Positions 41,301-51,106 of a DNA stretch of 64,000 nt are shown one piece after another. The number at the start of each line of letters is the position of its first letter. Positions within the stretch are counted from its first letter, which is position 1. The stretch lies in contig JBKAGE010000078.1 in the NCBI GenBank assembly GCA_046290225.1, positions 160,001 to 224,000 of the forward strand, in the 5' to 3' direction. The notes under the pieces are model-generated. The model was not told the origin of the DNA. It worked only from the letters and a program-made list of their open reading frames with translations, and did no database searches. The stretch is from Bradymonadia bacterium (GTDB taxonomy: Bacteria; Myxococcota_A; Bradymonadia; UBA7976; UBA1532). A program made the position numbers and the translations under genes.

Positions 41301-42636
41301 AGTAGACGATGGGCTGCAGCTCGCGCTCCGACATGGGGAGCTCGACCTTGTTGCCCTCGTCGTCCCGCATGACGTTGCCCTCGGCGTCCAGCTCATAGCT
41401 GGTCTTGAAGACGCGGTGCACGGTGGCGTTGAACTCGCGGTTCTCATCGATGGTGCCGAGGCGGCGGTCGTAGCCGAAGCGCTCGGTGCGGAAGTAGCCG
41501 AAGCGACCGAACTGCTCCTCGGTGACCACGCTGCGGCAGTCGTTCTCGAGGTCGAGCCAGTCGGGGGAGATGACGCCGTCGAGGTACTCCTTCAGCGCGG
41601 GGGTACAGGCGAAGTCCACGAGCAGAGCGGTGCACTCGCCGGCCATGCAGGCGCGGCCCGGGCCACACTGGTCGTTGCTCTCGCACTGCTCGGCGCAGAT
41701 GCCGCTGTCACCCTGGATGATGCAGGTGGCGTCCTCACCACACTGCACGGGGGTGTCACAGCTCTCGCCGAGGTTGCGCACGCTGGTGGCGTTGGCCTCG
41801 ATGGCGAAGATGGTGTCCACGGGCAGGCCGATGGTGCGCACCTTGCGCTTGTTCTCGTCACGGGCCTCGACGATGTCGGCATAGTCCCGGGGCTGGAACT
41901 TTTCGATGTCGTTGGGGTTCACCCGGTGGAACGAGTGCCGCAGCCGGACCTCGCCGGTGCCGCAGTTGAAGTTCCCGTAGGTGAAGTAGCAGTTGTAGGT
42001 CAGATCTTGAATCGTGTAGGTCTGCGTGATCTGGATGTAATCATCGGTGACGATGAGCGCATCAGGATCGAAGGTCTCGGTCTCGCGAACGAAGTCCTTG
42101 CTGCCGCCGTTGGCGTCGAAGCTCAACACGAAGTCCATGTAACCGGTGAAGTCGGACCCGCTGTTGATCGACGTCGGCGAGGCCCAGTCCACCCGAACAT
42201 AGTCACGCTCGTACCAGGGACGATCGCTGGTGTTCTCGGAGATGACGTTCGACCGCTCACCGGTGGTGGCGTTGTACTCACGGATGATGTCGAAGTAGTT
42301 CACCGGCCAGCCGATGACCGGATCACCCTGAAGCTCGCCGCCAGGCAGGGCCTCATCTTCGTTGAGCCCGGGGACCGACTCGTAGAGCCGGCGCACCTCG
42401 AGACCACCGTTGGTGAAGTCGAACTTCACCTTCTCCAGGTTGCCTTCGAGGCCCTGGAAGACGATGTCGGCCACCTCGGGGGCAACCTCGACCACCGTCT
42501 GACGGTAGTACCACTCACCCTCGAACATGCTCTTCTGCTGATAGTGGGGCTGCACCTTGTTGATGTCTTCAACAGGCTCAGCACACCCGAAGCCCATGAC
42601 GGTCAACATGGCCATGGACAGAGTGATGCGCCTCAT
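38365..42636 (-). CDS. Large zinc-dependent metalloprotease lipoprotein (metzincin), paralog B
   Basis: Lipobox MGFGC; HEIGHTVGLTHNF; Met-turn SIMDY; Cys-rich insert. Confidence 0.88.
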   Translation of the reverse strand: MRRITLSMAMLTVMGFGCAEPVEDINKVQPHYQQKSMFEGEWYYRQTVVEVAPEVADIVFQGLEGNLEKVKFDFTNGGLEVRRLYESVPGLNEDEALPGGELQGDPVIGWPVNYFDIIREYNATTGERSNVISENTSDRPWYERDYVRVDWASPTSINSGSDFTGYMDFVLSFDANGGSKDFVRETETFDPDALIVTDDYIQITQTYTIQDLTYNCYFTYGNFNCGTGEVRLRHSFHRVNPNDIEKFQPRDYADIVEARDENKRKVRTIGLPVDTIFAIEANATSVRNLGESCDTPVQCGEDATCIIQGDSGICAEQCESNDQCGPGRACMAGECTALLVDFACTPALKEYLDGVISPDWLDLENDCRSVVTEEQFGRFGYFRTERFGYDRRLGTIDENREFNATVHRVFKTSYELDAEGNVMRDDEGNKVELPMSERELQPIVYYLNVEYPEDLKALTVEIGQDWNEAYMAGAMSATGKSREEIESQLAADYEASGDFGIFLTGDYDQRALFQIRENNCSYAGVQRYLGLYPEMESVVEEATYGEGLKEDSPTKMFIRTCSGLRNESVKRGLAQSFEWQQVGDVRYSYVYWVNEDQAGGPLGFGPSSKDPETGEIISGNAYVYGAAVDRYARYAADIVLAINDDEYVGGLISGESYNNWVDDTPNVAGQPQFLTADLQDEVRRRMGSQRLDEGFDPITQLTQKLNPAMAMEFAKGRLGDNSASFMEAGGAIADEAQVRLDRAKADPRMRSLLLTDSDLILAEKLKGPGMEDIDVEDLAMDIALQPGRLREQLQGRDKFFMDRNMYLPEFMDDSVIGLALSLRGEDPEVIYQTLRREIYKAVMLHEIGHTVGLTHNFASSFDSLNYQDEYWQIRQNVDPAEWKNERLPEYQYGSIMDYGGRFHSDTKGLGKYDYAAVKFGYFRQVEAWDENVVPKVVYYAPFISNLIHGFEHLPSLFGGSENFNARKDVLFDDLLQQRVDGVLRNTEMLTGNRRINADEWWIDRTVPYEYCADIYNGNLTCRTWDEGANHTEAVASAIQNYWNYYMFNNYRRGRTEFSFINGFFGRQSRLQAYLTYPFRFYYFYQYSELYLEQDMLQSVVLGLNFISQVLGIPEPGRYCLSADENVYMPAGFMDREACEADSIEIAEGVGRKQNIEFSDQYLGYVDYIGTYYDKANFLLSMFDTSSLFFRAWLGDSRRFSIGYYRTFRPEIVNLIRDMVFSMLGDREATSFNSAISQDGVVPPRLIDYNTFGTGLAPETEGMPRLQSGLPYSIAWRGLLMSAVFNTSTYDAKNDFVEYITVIEAGSGEDRQFVEGTPVATFVHPTTGLTYKAPETYEGGSISFELLTRAQAYVDGEWTAAFDAWQETLPSEDENGEVVIPEFTDAEIAARLSDYQEAERRLGEMVDLMSDLRYLRKVVGHTTD

Positions 42637-42722
42637 CGGGGCTCCCTCTCGAAACGTGCTCGCGCCCTCATCGAGGGGGGCGGATTGAAAGGTCTTGAAC
42701 CAGTTCATCTTCTCTCCTCCTC

Positions 42723-45700
42723 TCAGCGGGTGACGGGGTTGTGCAGTTCGTCGATGACCCGAGTGAAGAACCGCATGTCGTCCATGAGCTCCACGAACTC
42801 GAGGAGTTCCTCGGTCTGCTGCTCGAGCAGCTCACGACGGGCGGGATCGCTGGGGTCTTGATCGTAGCTGTTCTTCGCGGGCTGCCAGTCGTTCGCCAGT
42901 CGGCGGTTGGCCTGCAACACCAGGTCGTAGGCCACCGACAGGCCGTCGGTGGTCTGTACGGCCTCGTAGATGGCGCCGTTCAGAGGGTTCTCGAAGGTGG
43001 CCACCTCGACCACATCGCGGTCGATCTCGGCACCGTCGATGGAGCCCTGCTCGAAGATACGAATGTAGTTCACGAAGTCGGTCTGACGGTCGTTGGTGCT
43101 CGTGGCGAGGACCGTGGCGTAGAACATGGTGTTCTGCAGGATGTCGTAGGACATGCGACCGTAGACCAGAGGCGCGTTGGCCATGGCGTCGGCGTTGGGA
43201 TCTTCCAGGTTGAAGTTCTCCGCGCTCACCAGCGGGCTCGGGGTGACCACGCCCTTGTTGTCGACGCGGTTGTAGAACCCGAAGGTGCCCACGAAGCCCT
43301 GACCAGCAAACAACATGTCACGCACCAGGTTCACCAGCTCGGGGCGGAACGACCGGTAGTAGTTGATGCTGAAGCGGCGCTCGTCGCTCTCGTCGCCCCA
43401 CCGGAAGAACCGGGTGTTGGAGTCGAAGAGATGGAAGACGATGCTGGACTTGTCGTAGTAGGTGCCCAGGTAGTCGATGTTGTAGAAGTACTGGTCATCG
43501 AAATCGAGGCTGAAGTCACGGCCGAGGCCGAGGCCGACGTCGATGCCCTTGGGGTACCCGTTGGTGTTCAGGTCGTCGGTGCAGTCGAAGGGATCGATGA
43601 GCCCGGTGAACCCGTTGGGGAAGTACTGGTTGAACTGGCTGCTGTAGCAGTAGCGGCCCGGCTCGGGGGTGGCGAGCACCTGCTGAACGAAGTTCAAGCC
43701 GATGAGTGACGCCTGGAGCAGATCCTCGGGCAGGTCGAAGCCGGCCTCGTACACCTCGGGGTTATCGTAGGCGTAGTAGAACTGGTAGAAGTTCCAGGGG
43801 TACACGAGGTACTCGGCGAGACGCGCCTGACGGCCGAAGTAGCCGTTGATGAAGGAGTACTCGTTGCGGCCCCGGCGGTAGTTGTTGAACAGGAAGTAGT
43901 TCCAGTAACGCTGAATCGCCGACTCCACCGCCTCGGTGTGAGAGGGGCCGTCGTCCCAGGTACGGCACCACAGGTCACCGCGGTACTCGTCAGAGCAGAA
44001 GTAATAGGGCACGACGCGGTCCCACCAGTAATCGGTGACGGCGCGATCGGGGTTCTCCACGAAGAGCTCGGCGTTGCGCACGATGCCCTCGGCACGATCG
44101 GCCATGACGTCGTCCACGCCGACATCGGTGCGGCGGTTGAAGTTGTCGGTGGAGCCCATCAGCTCGGGCAGCTTGGTGTAGCTGGTCATCTCCCGCACAG
44201 CCTTGAAGTTCGGCGGCACGGTGACATCGTCTTCGAAGGCCTCGAGCTTGCCGCCGTACACCATCTTGATGGCGGCGGTGTCGTACTTGCCAAGGCCCTT
44301 GGTGTCGGAGTTGAAGCGGCTGCCGTAATCCATGATGGAGGCGTAGCGGTACTCAGGGGAGCGAGCCTCGAAGCGCTGGCGGCGGTTGGCGGCGGTGGCC
44401 GCGGCGTCGCCCTCGACGTCGGGGTACTGGGCCCGGATGTCCCAGTACTCGTCCTGGTAGTTCAAGGCGTCGAAGCTGGCCTTGAAGTTGTGGCGCAGAC
44501 CGACGGTGTGGCCGATCTCGTGCAGCTGCACGGCCAAATAGATCTCCTCGCGGAGCTGACGCCACAGGGTCTCGGCGTCGAGATCCTTGAGGGCGAGCGC
44601 CTGACCGACGATGGCGTCATCGAGGAAGCTGGCCATGTACACGTTGTGCTCGGCGAGGAACGCGTTGCGCGCCTCACGGGCCTCGTTGAACTTGGCGGGG
44701 TTGGTCACCATGTCGAAGGCCATCTTCGACATCTCTTCGGAGACGTCGTCACCGGGGGACCAGTTGAAGAAGGGCGAGACCAGGGCGAGCATCTGGGGCG
44801 TCACCAGACGGGCGCGGATCTCGGGATCCTCGCGGAGCTGCTCGAGCATCTGCTGGCCGCTGCTCACGGGGCTGAGCACAGCCTGACCGAAGGGGTCATT
44901 CTGGCTGGGGTTCTTCACGCGATCCCGCATGTGGCGCATCATCGCCGCGGGGTTGAAGGTGCCGTCGGCGGCGACGAACTTGCGGAAGCCGGGGATGTCG
45001 GTGGTGCCGATGCGGGCCTGAATGGCCTGCTTCAACGCCGGGGTCATCTCCACCCGCAGGCCGGACTCGGTGGTGCCCTGCTGGTTCTCGATCCACTCGA
45101 GGTAGCTGATGCCCTCACGCAGGTCGAGGGGGAGGAAGCCCTCCTCACCGTTGAGGGCCAGCACGGTGTCGGCGGCGCTGCGGGCGTAGCTGTCGACGGC
45201 GGCGCCGTAGACGTGGGCGTTGCCTGACATGATCTGGCCAGTGAGAGGATCGGCGCTGGAGGGGCCATAGCCCAAGGGGCCCACAGGCTGGGACTCGTTC
45301 ACCCACACCACGTAGCTGTTGCGGGGATCACCGAGCTGCTGCCACTGGAAGATGTCCTCCTTGGCGTAGTTCCACTCGGTGGAGAAGTAGTTCAGCCCGG
45401 AGCAGACGCGCTCGAGGTTGCCGGGGAGCACCCCCTGCCCTTCGCTGGCGTCGGCCACGACCTGCTCCATGGCAGGGAAGCGCTCGACGTAGTCGGCGAT
45501 GCCGTCGGCGGAGCAGGTGTTCTCACGGATCACGTAGAGGTGGCGATCACCGTAGCGGGCCTCGAGATCGGCCTCGATGTCGCTGCGGCTGCGGCCGGTT
45601 GCGGCCATGGCGGCGGCCATGAAGGTGTCGTTCCAGTCCTCCATGAGCTTGTGGGTGACGGAGATGGTGTTGCCGTCACGATCCTGCCAGAGGCCTTCGA

Positions 45701-46856
45701 TCTGGGGGGTCCAGAGATCCTCGGGGTAGCCCACGTTCGTGTAGTAGACGATGGGGCGCAGTTGGCGGTCGGCCATGGGGATCAGGTTGCCCTCGTCATC
45801 TTTGACGCGCTCCCACATACGGTGGTGGTTGGCGTAGTAGCGACGGGTGAGATCGTGGCCGGGCTCGAGGCGCCGATCGTACACGGTACGCTCGGTGCGG
45901 AAGAAGCCGAACTGCGTGTGCATGTCGACCTGCAGGTCGCGGCAGTCACGTTCGGTGAGGTTGGGGTTGCGCGTGGCGAGGGTGTCGAGGACCTCGGGGG
46001 TACAGGCCACGTCGATCATCTGGTCGCCGGCGCCCACGGTGATGTAGCGCAGGCGGTTGCCCTCGGCGTCACGGAGCAGCACGCGATCCTGGTACTGCAC
46101 GGGCTCGAAGAGCTGATCTTCAGTCTCGGTGTCGATCTTCACGAAAGCGCTGCGCACACCGATCTCGGTGGGGCCACAGGTGAGATCGCCGTAGAGAGGC
46201 TGGCCGTAGTTCACGAGACAGCCGAAGCCGCCATCAGACGCCATGAAGCGGTTGGTGAACATGATGGCGTCATCTTCGATGCGAATGCGCCGGGGGTCGA
46301 AGGGGTCGTACTCGTCGGAGACATACTCGGCGGCGGCGCCGTTGGCCCGCATCATGCCGTCGAAGTCCACCTGGGAGCTGATCATGTTGGTGGACCAGTC
46401 CACCCGGATGTAGTCGCGCTCGTGCCAGGGACGCAGCGACTCGTCCTCGACGAGCACGTTCGACTGACCACCTGTCTGCTCATTGAACTGACGGATGATG
46501 TCGAAGTGCTTGGTGATCTGGTAAGCCGCCACGGGCTCACCGAGGAAGTCCTCGCGCTCCGGGAGATCGTTGGCGTTGAGGCCAGGTACAGCCTCGTAAG
46601 ATTTCCGGGCGACGAGCTGGTCTTCCCGAATCTCCCAACGAATCCGCTCGAAACCGGCCTCGAGGCCCACGAAGGCCATGGCGGTCTCTGGGGGAACGTC
46701 CACGACGGTCTGGCGGAAATACCAGTCGCCGGAGAATTGTTGCTTCTCAACGTAATCGGGCTGAACCCGGTTGACGTCTTTGACCTCTTCGCCACACCCA
46801 AGGGTGAAGAGTGAAGCGGCGATCATTGCTGCCCCGAGCTTTCGGCTCAAGTGCAT
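42723..46856 (-). CDS. Large zinc-dependent metalloprotease lipoprotein (metzincin), paralog A
   Basis: Lipobox FTLGC; HEIGHTVGLRHNF; SIMDY; collinear similarity to paralog B. Confidence 0.88.
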   Translation of the reverse strand: MHLSRKLGAAMIAASLFTLGCGEEVKDVNRVQPDYVEKQQFSGDWYFRQTVVDVPPETAMAFVGLEAGFERIRWEIREDQLVARKSYEAVPGLNANDLPEREDFLGEPVAAYQITKHFDIIRQFNEQTGGQSNVLVEDESLRPWHERDYIRVDWSTNMISSQVDFDGMMRANGAAAEYVSDEYDPFDPRRIRIEDDAIMFTNRFMASDGGFGCLVNYGQPLYGDLTCGPTEIGVRSAFVKIDTETEDQLFEPVQYQDRVLLRDAEGNRLRYITVGAGDQMIDVACTPEVLDTLATRNPNLTERDCRDLQVDMHTQFGFFRTERTVYDRRLEPGHDLTRRYYANHHRMWERVKDDEGNLIPMADRQLRPIVYYTNVGYPEDLWTPQIEGLWQDRDGNTISVTHKLMEDWNDTFMAAAMAATGRSRSDIEADLEARYGDRHLYVIRENTCSADGIADYVERFPAMEQVVADASEGQGVLPGNLERVCSGLNYFSTEWNYAKEDIFQWQQLGDPRNSYVVWVNESQPVGPLGYGPSSADPLTGQIMSGNAHVYGAAVDSYARSAADTVLALNGEEGFLPLDLREGISYLEWIENQQGTTESGLRVEMTPALKQAIQARIGTTDIPGFRKFVAADGTFNPAAMMRHMRDRVKNPSQNDPFGQAVLSPVSSGQQMLEQLREDPEIRARLVTPQMLALVSPFFNWSPGDDVSEEMSKMAFDMVTNPAKFNEAREARNAFLAEHNVYMASFLDDAIVGQALALKDLDAETLWRQLREEIYLAVQLHEIGHTVGLRHNFKASFDALNYQDEYWDIRAQYPDVEGDAAATAANRRQRFEARSPEYRYASIMDYGSRFNSDTKGLGKYDTAAIKMVYGGKLEAFEDDVTVPPNFKAVREMTSYTKLPELMGSTDNFNRRTDVGVDDVMADRAEGIVRNAELFVENPDRAVTDYWWDRVVPYYFCSDEYRGDLWCRTWDDGPSHTEAVESAIQRYWNYFLFNNYRRGRNEYSFINGYFGRQARLAEYLVYPWNFYQFYYAYDNPEVYEAGFDLPEDLLQASLIGLNFVQQVLATPEPGRYCYSSQFNQYFPNGFTGLIDPFDCTDDLNTNGYPKGIDVGLGLGRDFSLDFDDQYFYNIDYLGTYYDKSSIVFHLFDSNTRFFRWGDESDERRFSINYYRSFRPELVNLVRDMLFAGQGFVGTFGFYNRVDNKGVVTPSPLVSAENFNLEDPNADAMANAPLVYGRMSYDILQNTMFYATVLATSTNDRQTDFVNYIRIFEQGSIDGAEIDRDVVEVATFENPLNGAIYEAVQTTDGLSVAYDLVLQANRRLANDWQPAKNSYDQDPSDPARRELLEQQTEELLEFVELMDDMRFFTRVIDELHNPVTR

Positions 46857-46989
46857 GTGACAACCCCTCTCGATCCCCGAACCAGGCGCTTCATGCAGCC
46901 CTTCGGAAGATCAGCTCAGTACGAAACTACTTATGGGCAAACGGCCGTGCGCGGACTGACGCCACGACGCACTACTCGCGTGATAATCC

Positions 46990-47004
46990 GCAAAGCCCGT
47001 GCCA
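46990..47004 (-). promoter_or_regulatory. Sigma54 (-24/-12) promoter
   Basis: Minus strand TGGCACG-GGCT-TTGC matches TGGCACG-N4-TTGC, oriented toward the protease pair about 130 bp downstream. Confidence 0.8.
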
Positions 47005-47183
47005 TTGTTACAAACATTTAAAGCAAGTGACTTGCATTTGGAGACGATCGACGGTAGACCGTGATAATCGTCAGGAATCTTTAAGTCCGCTGTGATCTGC
47101 AGCGCGCAAAAACCTCTGCAGGGTGACGATGTGCGTAAATGCACGCCACCAGCACAGAGGTCCCGCCAGAGCATCACATCGAT

Positions 47184-47660
47184 TTATTCGAATTCGACCT
47201 CAACGATCTCGTACTCGCGCACACCGCCAGGAGAGCGCACCTTCACGTCATCGCCGACCTCGGCGGTGATGAGAGCGCGGGCGAGAGGCGAGGTCACTGA
47301 CACCCGGCCTTTTTTCACATCGGCCTCGGCCTCACCGACAATCTGGAACGTCTGCTCTTTGTCAGCCTCGATGTCGAGGATGGTCACCGTGGCTCCGAAG
47401 ACCACACGATCACCTGACAGCTTGGAGGGATCGATCACCTCGGCCCGAGCGAGCCGATCTTCGAGCACATTGATGTTGGCCTCGAGGATGCCCTGCTTCT
47501 CTTTGGCAGCCTCATAGTCGGCGTTCTCCCGCAGATCGCCGTGGCCTCGGGCGATCTCGATCTCCCGGGCCACCTCCTGACGGTCGGCGGTCTTCATCTT
47601 CTTCAGCTCGGCCTTGAGGCGCTCATAGCCCTTGAGCGTGATGGGCAGCTTGTCGCTCAT
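47184..47660 (-). CDS. greA: Transcription elongation factor GreA
   Basis: ARGHGDLRENADYEAAKE, VVFGATV, SPLARAL; follows carB. Confidence 0.96.
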   Translation of the reverse strand: MSDKLPITLKGYERLKAELKKMKTADRQEVAREIEIARGHGDLRENADYEAAKEKQGILEANINVLEDRLARAEVIDPSKLSGDRVVFGATVTILDIEADKEQTFQIVGEAEADVKKGRVSVTSPLARALITAEVGDDVKVRSPGGVREYEIVEVEFE

Positions 47661-47807
47661 CGTGATCCCATATCGTATTGTCTGGATAAGTGGCCGCCCT
47701 CAGTGAGCAGCAATCCGGCATCATGAAGGAAAAGGTAGGCGCTTGACCAGAGGTTTACCGCTGACCAACGCGGGCGTCATAGCCGATGGCTTCTCGACGC
47801 ATAACTC

Positions 47808-50800
47808 TCAGAGGTTGTGATGTGCCTGCAGGGACTTCACACCGATGTCGGCACGGGCGAGGCTCTCGAGCGCCCGAACAGCGGCCTCGGCGCCGCGGAG
47901 GGTGGTGTAGTAGGCCACGCGGTTGCGCAACGCGGCCACTCGCAGGTTGCGGACGTTCCGCACCCCAGCAGGATCGCGGGCTGTGCACAAGACGAGTTGG
48001 ACCTCCTTGGCCCGAATCGCCGCCACAGCACGATCCCCCTCCCCTTCCGCCACAGGGCTCACTGGCACCCCTGCGACCCCGAGGGCTTCAGCGTCGGCGG
48101 GGACAGCCATGAGGGTGAACCCGATCTCTACGAGGCGGCGGCCGAGATCGACGAAGGCCGGACGATCGACGGTGGCCGCAGCCATGAGGACCACACCAGA
48201 GGTGGGCAGCTGCGTCGAAGCCGCGAGCTGGCTCTTGGCAAAGGCCACCTCGAAGTCGTCGCCGATGCCCATGACCTCGCCGGTGGACTTCATCTCGGGT
48301 CCGAGCACGGTGTCGACGCCCCCGAACTTCACGAAGGGCAGCACCGCCTCCTTCACGCTCACGTGGGTGGGCACCACCTTCTCGGTGAAGCCCAGCTCGG
48401 TGAGCTTCTCCCCAGCCATGGCCCGGGCGCCAAGCTTGGCCAGGGGTACCCCGATGGCCTTGCTGACGAAGGGCACGGTCCGGCTCGCCCGGGGGTTCAC
48501 CTCGAGCAAGTACACGACCCCGTCGCCCTGACCATCAAGCTGCACGGCGAACTGGATGTTCATGAGACCGATGACCCCAAGTTCGAGGGCCAGGGCGTGG
48601 GCCTGACGCTCGACCTCATCGATGACCTTCTGGGGCACTGAGTACGGCGGCAGACTGCAGGCGGAATCGCCGCTGTGCACACCGGCTTCTTCGACATGCT
48701 CCATGATGCCACCCACCACCACGGTCTCACCGTCGGCGATGCAGTCCACGTCGAGCTCGATGGCGCCGGCGACGAAGCGGTCGATGAGCACGGGGTGATC
48801 CGGGCTCACCTTCACCGCCTCGCGCATGTAGCGCCGCAGGCCCTCTTCGTCGTTCACCCGCTCCATGGCCCGCCCGCCGAGCACATAGGAGGGACGAACC
48901 ACCACGGGGTAGCTCACCCGATCGGCGATCTCCACGGCCTCTTCCACGCTGCGGGCGATGCCGTTGGCGGGTTGCTTGAGGCCGAGCTTGTCGAGCATGG
49001 CCTTGAAGCGCTCCCGATCTTCGGCACGGTCGATGGCGTCGGGGGTGGTGCCCAGGATCGGCACGCCGGCCTTCTCAAGGGGCACCGCCAGCTTCAGCGG
49101 GGTCTGGCCGCCGTACTGCACGATGATGCCCTTGGGCTGCTCGCGCTGGATGATGGACAGGGTGTCTTCGTAGGTGAGCGGCTCGAAGTAGAGACGATCG
49201 CTCGTATCGTAGTCGGTGCTCACCGTCTCGGGGTTGCAGTTGACCATGATGGTCTCGTACCCGGCCTCGCTCAGGGCGAAGGCGGCGTGCACACAGCAGT
49301 AGTCGAACTCGATCCCCTGGCCGATGCGGTTGGGGCCACCACCGAGGATCACCACCTTGGGTCGATCCGTGGGCAGCGCCTCGTCCTCCTGCTCGTACGT
49401 CGAATAGAGATAGGGCGTAAAGGCCTCGAACTCCGCGGCGCACGTATCGACCCGCTTGTAGACGGGCTTCACCCCGAGGCCGGTGCGGAGCGTGAACACC
49501 TCGGCCTCGTCGAGGTCGAGCAGCTGCCCGATGCGGCGGTCGCTCAGGCCCAAGCGCTTGGCCCGACGCAGCGTGGCGTAGTCCAAGGCATCTTGGCGGC
49601 CCCGGAACCCCCAAATCTCATCCTCGGCGGCGAGGATGTTCCGGAAGTGCATCAGGTACCAGCGATCGTAGAAGGTGATGTCGTACAGCTCGTCATCGGT
49701 CATGCCTGCCCGCATGGCATCGGCGATGTACCAGGGCCGCTCCGGGTGCGGAATCTTGAGGGCCTCGCGGATCAAGGTACGCGCCTCGGCGATGGCCGGG
49801 TCGTCGGGATCGTTGGCGTGGGCCTGGGCCTCGGTGAGCAGCTGGGGCTCGAGGCCACAGACCCCGGTTTCCATGCTGCGCAGCGCCTTCTGGAAGCTCT
49901 CGGGGAAGCTGCGGCCGATGGCCATGGCCTCACCCACGGACTTCATCTGAGTGCCCAGGATCGGCTCGGCACCGGGGAACTTCTCGAAGGTGAACCGGGG
50001 GATCTTGGTCACCACGTAATCGATGCTGGGCTCGAAGCTCGCCGGGGTCTCACGGGTGATGTCGTTGCGGATCTCGTCGAGGGTGTAGCCCACGGCGAGC
50101 AGGGCGGCGATCTTGGCGATGGGGAACCCGGTGGCCTTCGACGCCAGGGCGGAGCTTCGACTCACCCGGGGGTTCATCTCGATGACCACCACCCGACCGG
50201 TGTCGGGGCAGACACCGAACTGGATGTTGCAGCCCCCGGTGTCGACGCCGATCTCCCGCACACAGGCCACCGAAGCGTCGCGCAGGTACTGGTACTCTTT
50301 GTCGGTGAGGGTCTGAGCCGGGGCCACGGTGATGGAGTCCCCGGTGTGCACGCCCATGGGGTCGAGGTTCTCGATGCTGCAGATGATCACCACGTTGTCG
50401 TTGTGATCCCGCATGACCTCGAGCTCGTACTCCTTCCACCCGATGATGGACTCGTCCACGAGGACCTCGTGGGTGGGCGACACCGTGAGGGCCCACCGAC
50501 CGAACTCCTCGAGCTCGGCGCGATCCCGGGCCACGTTGCCGCCGCTGCCCCCCATGGTGAAGCTGGGGCGCAGAATCACCGGGTAGCCCGTCGTCTCCAC
50601 GATGGTGCGGATGTCTTCCATGGACCGGGCCACGCCGCTTCGGGGCATGTCGAGGCCGATCTTCTCCATGGCCGCCTTGAACAGCTCGCGATCCTCGGCC
50701 TTGTGGATCGACTCCAGGCGGGCGCCGATCATCTCGACGCCGTGCTCTTTGAGGGCCCCCATCTCCGCCAACGCCACCGCAGTGTTGAGGGCGGTCTGGC

Positions 50801-51074
50801 CGCCGAGGGTGGGCAGCAGCGCGTCGGGCTTCTCCTCGGCGATGATCTTCGCCACCACCTCGGGGGTGATGGGCTCCACATAGGTGCGATCAGCGGTCTC
50901 GGGATCAGTCATGATCGTGGCGGGGTTGGAGTTCACCAGCACCACCTCGTAGCCCTCGCCGCGCAGGGCCTTGCACGCCTGGGTGCCGGAGTAGTCGAAC
51001 TCACAGGCCTGGCCGATCACGATGGGGCCGCTGCCGATGATGAGGATCTTGTGGATGTCTGTCCGCTTGGGCAT
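47808..51074 (-). CDS. carB: Carbamoyl-phosphate synthase large subunit
   Basis: [51 protein letters not shown]. Confidence 0.98.
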   Translation of the reverse strand: MPKRTDIHKILIIGSGPIVIGQACEFDYSGTQACKALRGEGYEVVLVNSNPATIMTDPETADRTYVEPITPEVVAKIIAEEKPDALLPTLGGQTALNTAVALAEMGALKEHGVEMIGARLESIHKAEDRELFKAAMEKIGLDMPRSGVARSMEDIRTIVETTGYPVILRPSFTMGGSGGNVARDRAELEEFGRWALTVSPTHEVLVDESIIGWKEYELEVMRDHNDNVVIICSIENLDPMGVHTGDSITVAPAQTLTDKEYQYLRDASVACVREIGVDTGGCNIQFGVCPDTGRVVVIEMNPRVSRSSALASKATGFPIAKIAALLAVGYTLDEIRNDITRETPASFEPSIDYVVTKIPRFTFEKFPGAEPILGTQMKSVGEAMAIGRSFPESFQKALRSMETGVCGLEPQLLTEAQAHANDPDDPAIAEARTLIREALKIPHPERPWYIADAMRAGMTDDELYDITFYDRWYLMHFRNILAAEDEIWGFRGRQDALDYATLRRAKRLGLSDRRIGQLLDLDEAEVFTLRTGLGVKPVYKRVDTCAAEFEAFTPYLYSTYEQEDEALPTDRPKVVILGGGPNRIGQGIEFDYCCVHAAFALSEAGYETIMVNCNPETVSTDYDTSDRLYFEPLTYEDTLSIIQREQPKGIIVQYGGQTPLKLAVPLEKAGVPILGTTPDAIDRAEDRERFKAMLDKLGLKQPANGIARSVEEAVEIADRVSYPVVVRPSYVLGGRAMERVNDEEGLRRYMREAVKVSPDHPVLIDRFVAGAIELDVDCIADGETVVVGGIMEHVEEAGVHSGDSACSLPPYSVPQKVIDEVERQAHALALELGVIGLMNIQFAVQLDGQGDGVVYLLEVNPRASRTVPFVSKAIGVPLAKLGARAMAGEKLTELGFTEKVVPTHVSVKEAVLPFVKFGGVDTVLGPEMKSTGEVMGIGDDFEVAFAKSQLAASTQLPTSGVVLMAAATVDRPAFVDLGRRLVEIGFTLMAVPADAEALGVAGVPVSPVAEGEGDRAVAAIRAKEVQLVLCTARDPAGVRNVRNLRVAALRNRVAYYTTLRGAEAAVRALESLARADIGVKSLQAHHNL

Positions 51075-51106
51075 CGCTCAGAGTCCTGCCGTGGGTAGAT
51101 GATTCG

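Noticed and set aside
39547..42861. 1104-aa plus-strand ORF and similar long antisense ORFs (e.g. 48675-51098, 31305-33533, 36824-38305)
   Set aside because: Shadow frames of high-GC, codon-biased genes on the opposite strand; no recognisable motifs
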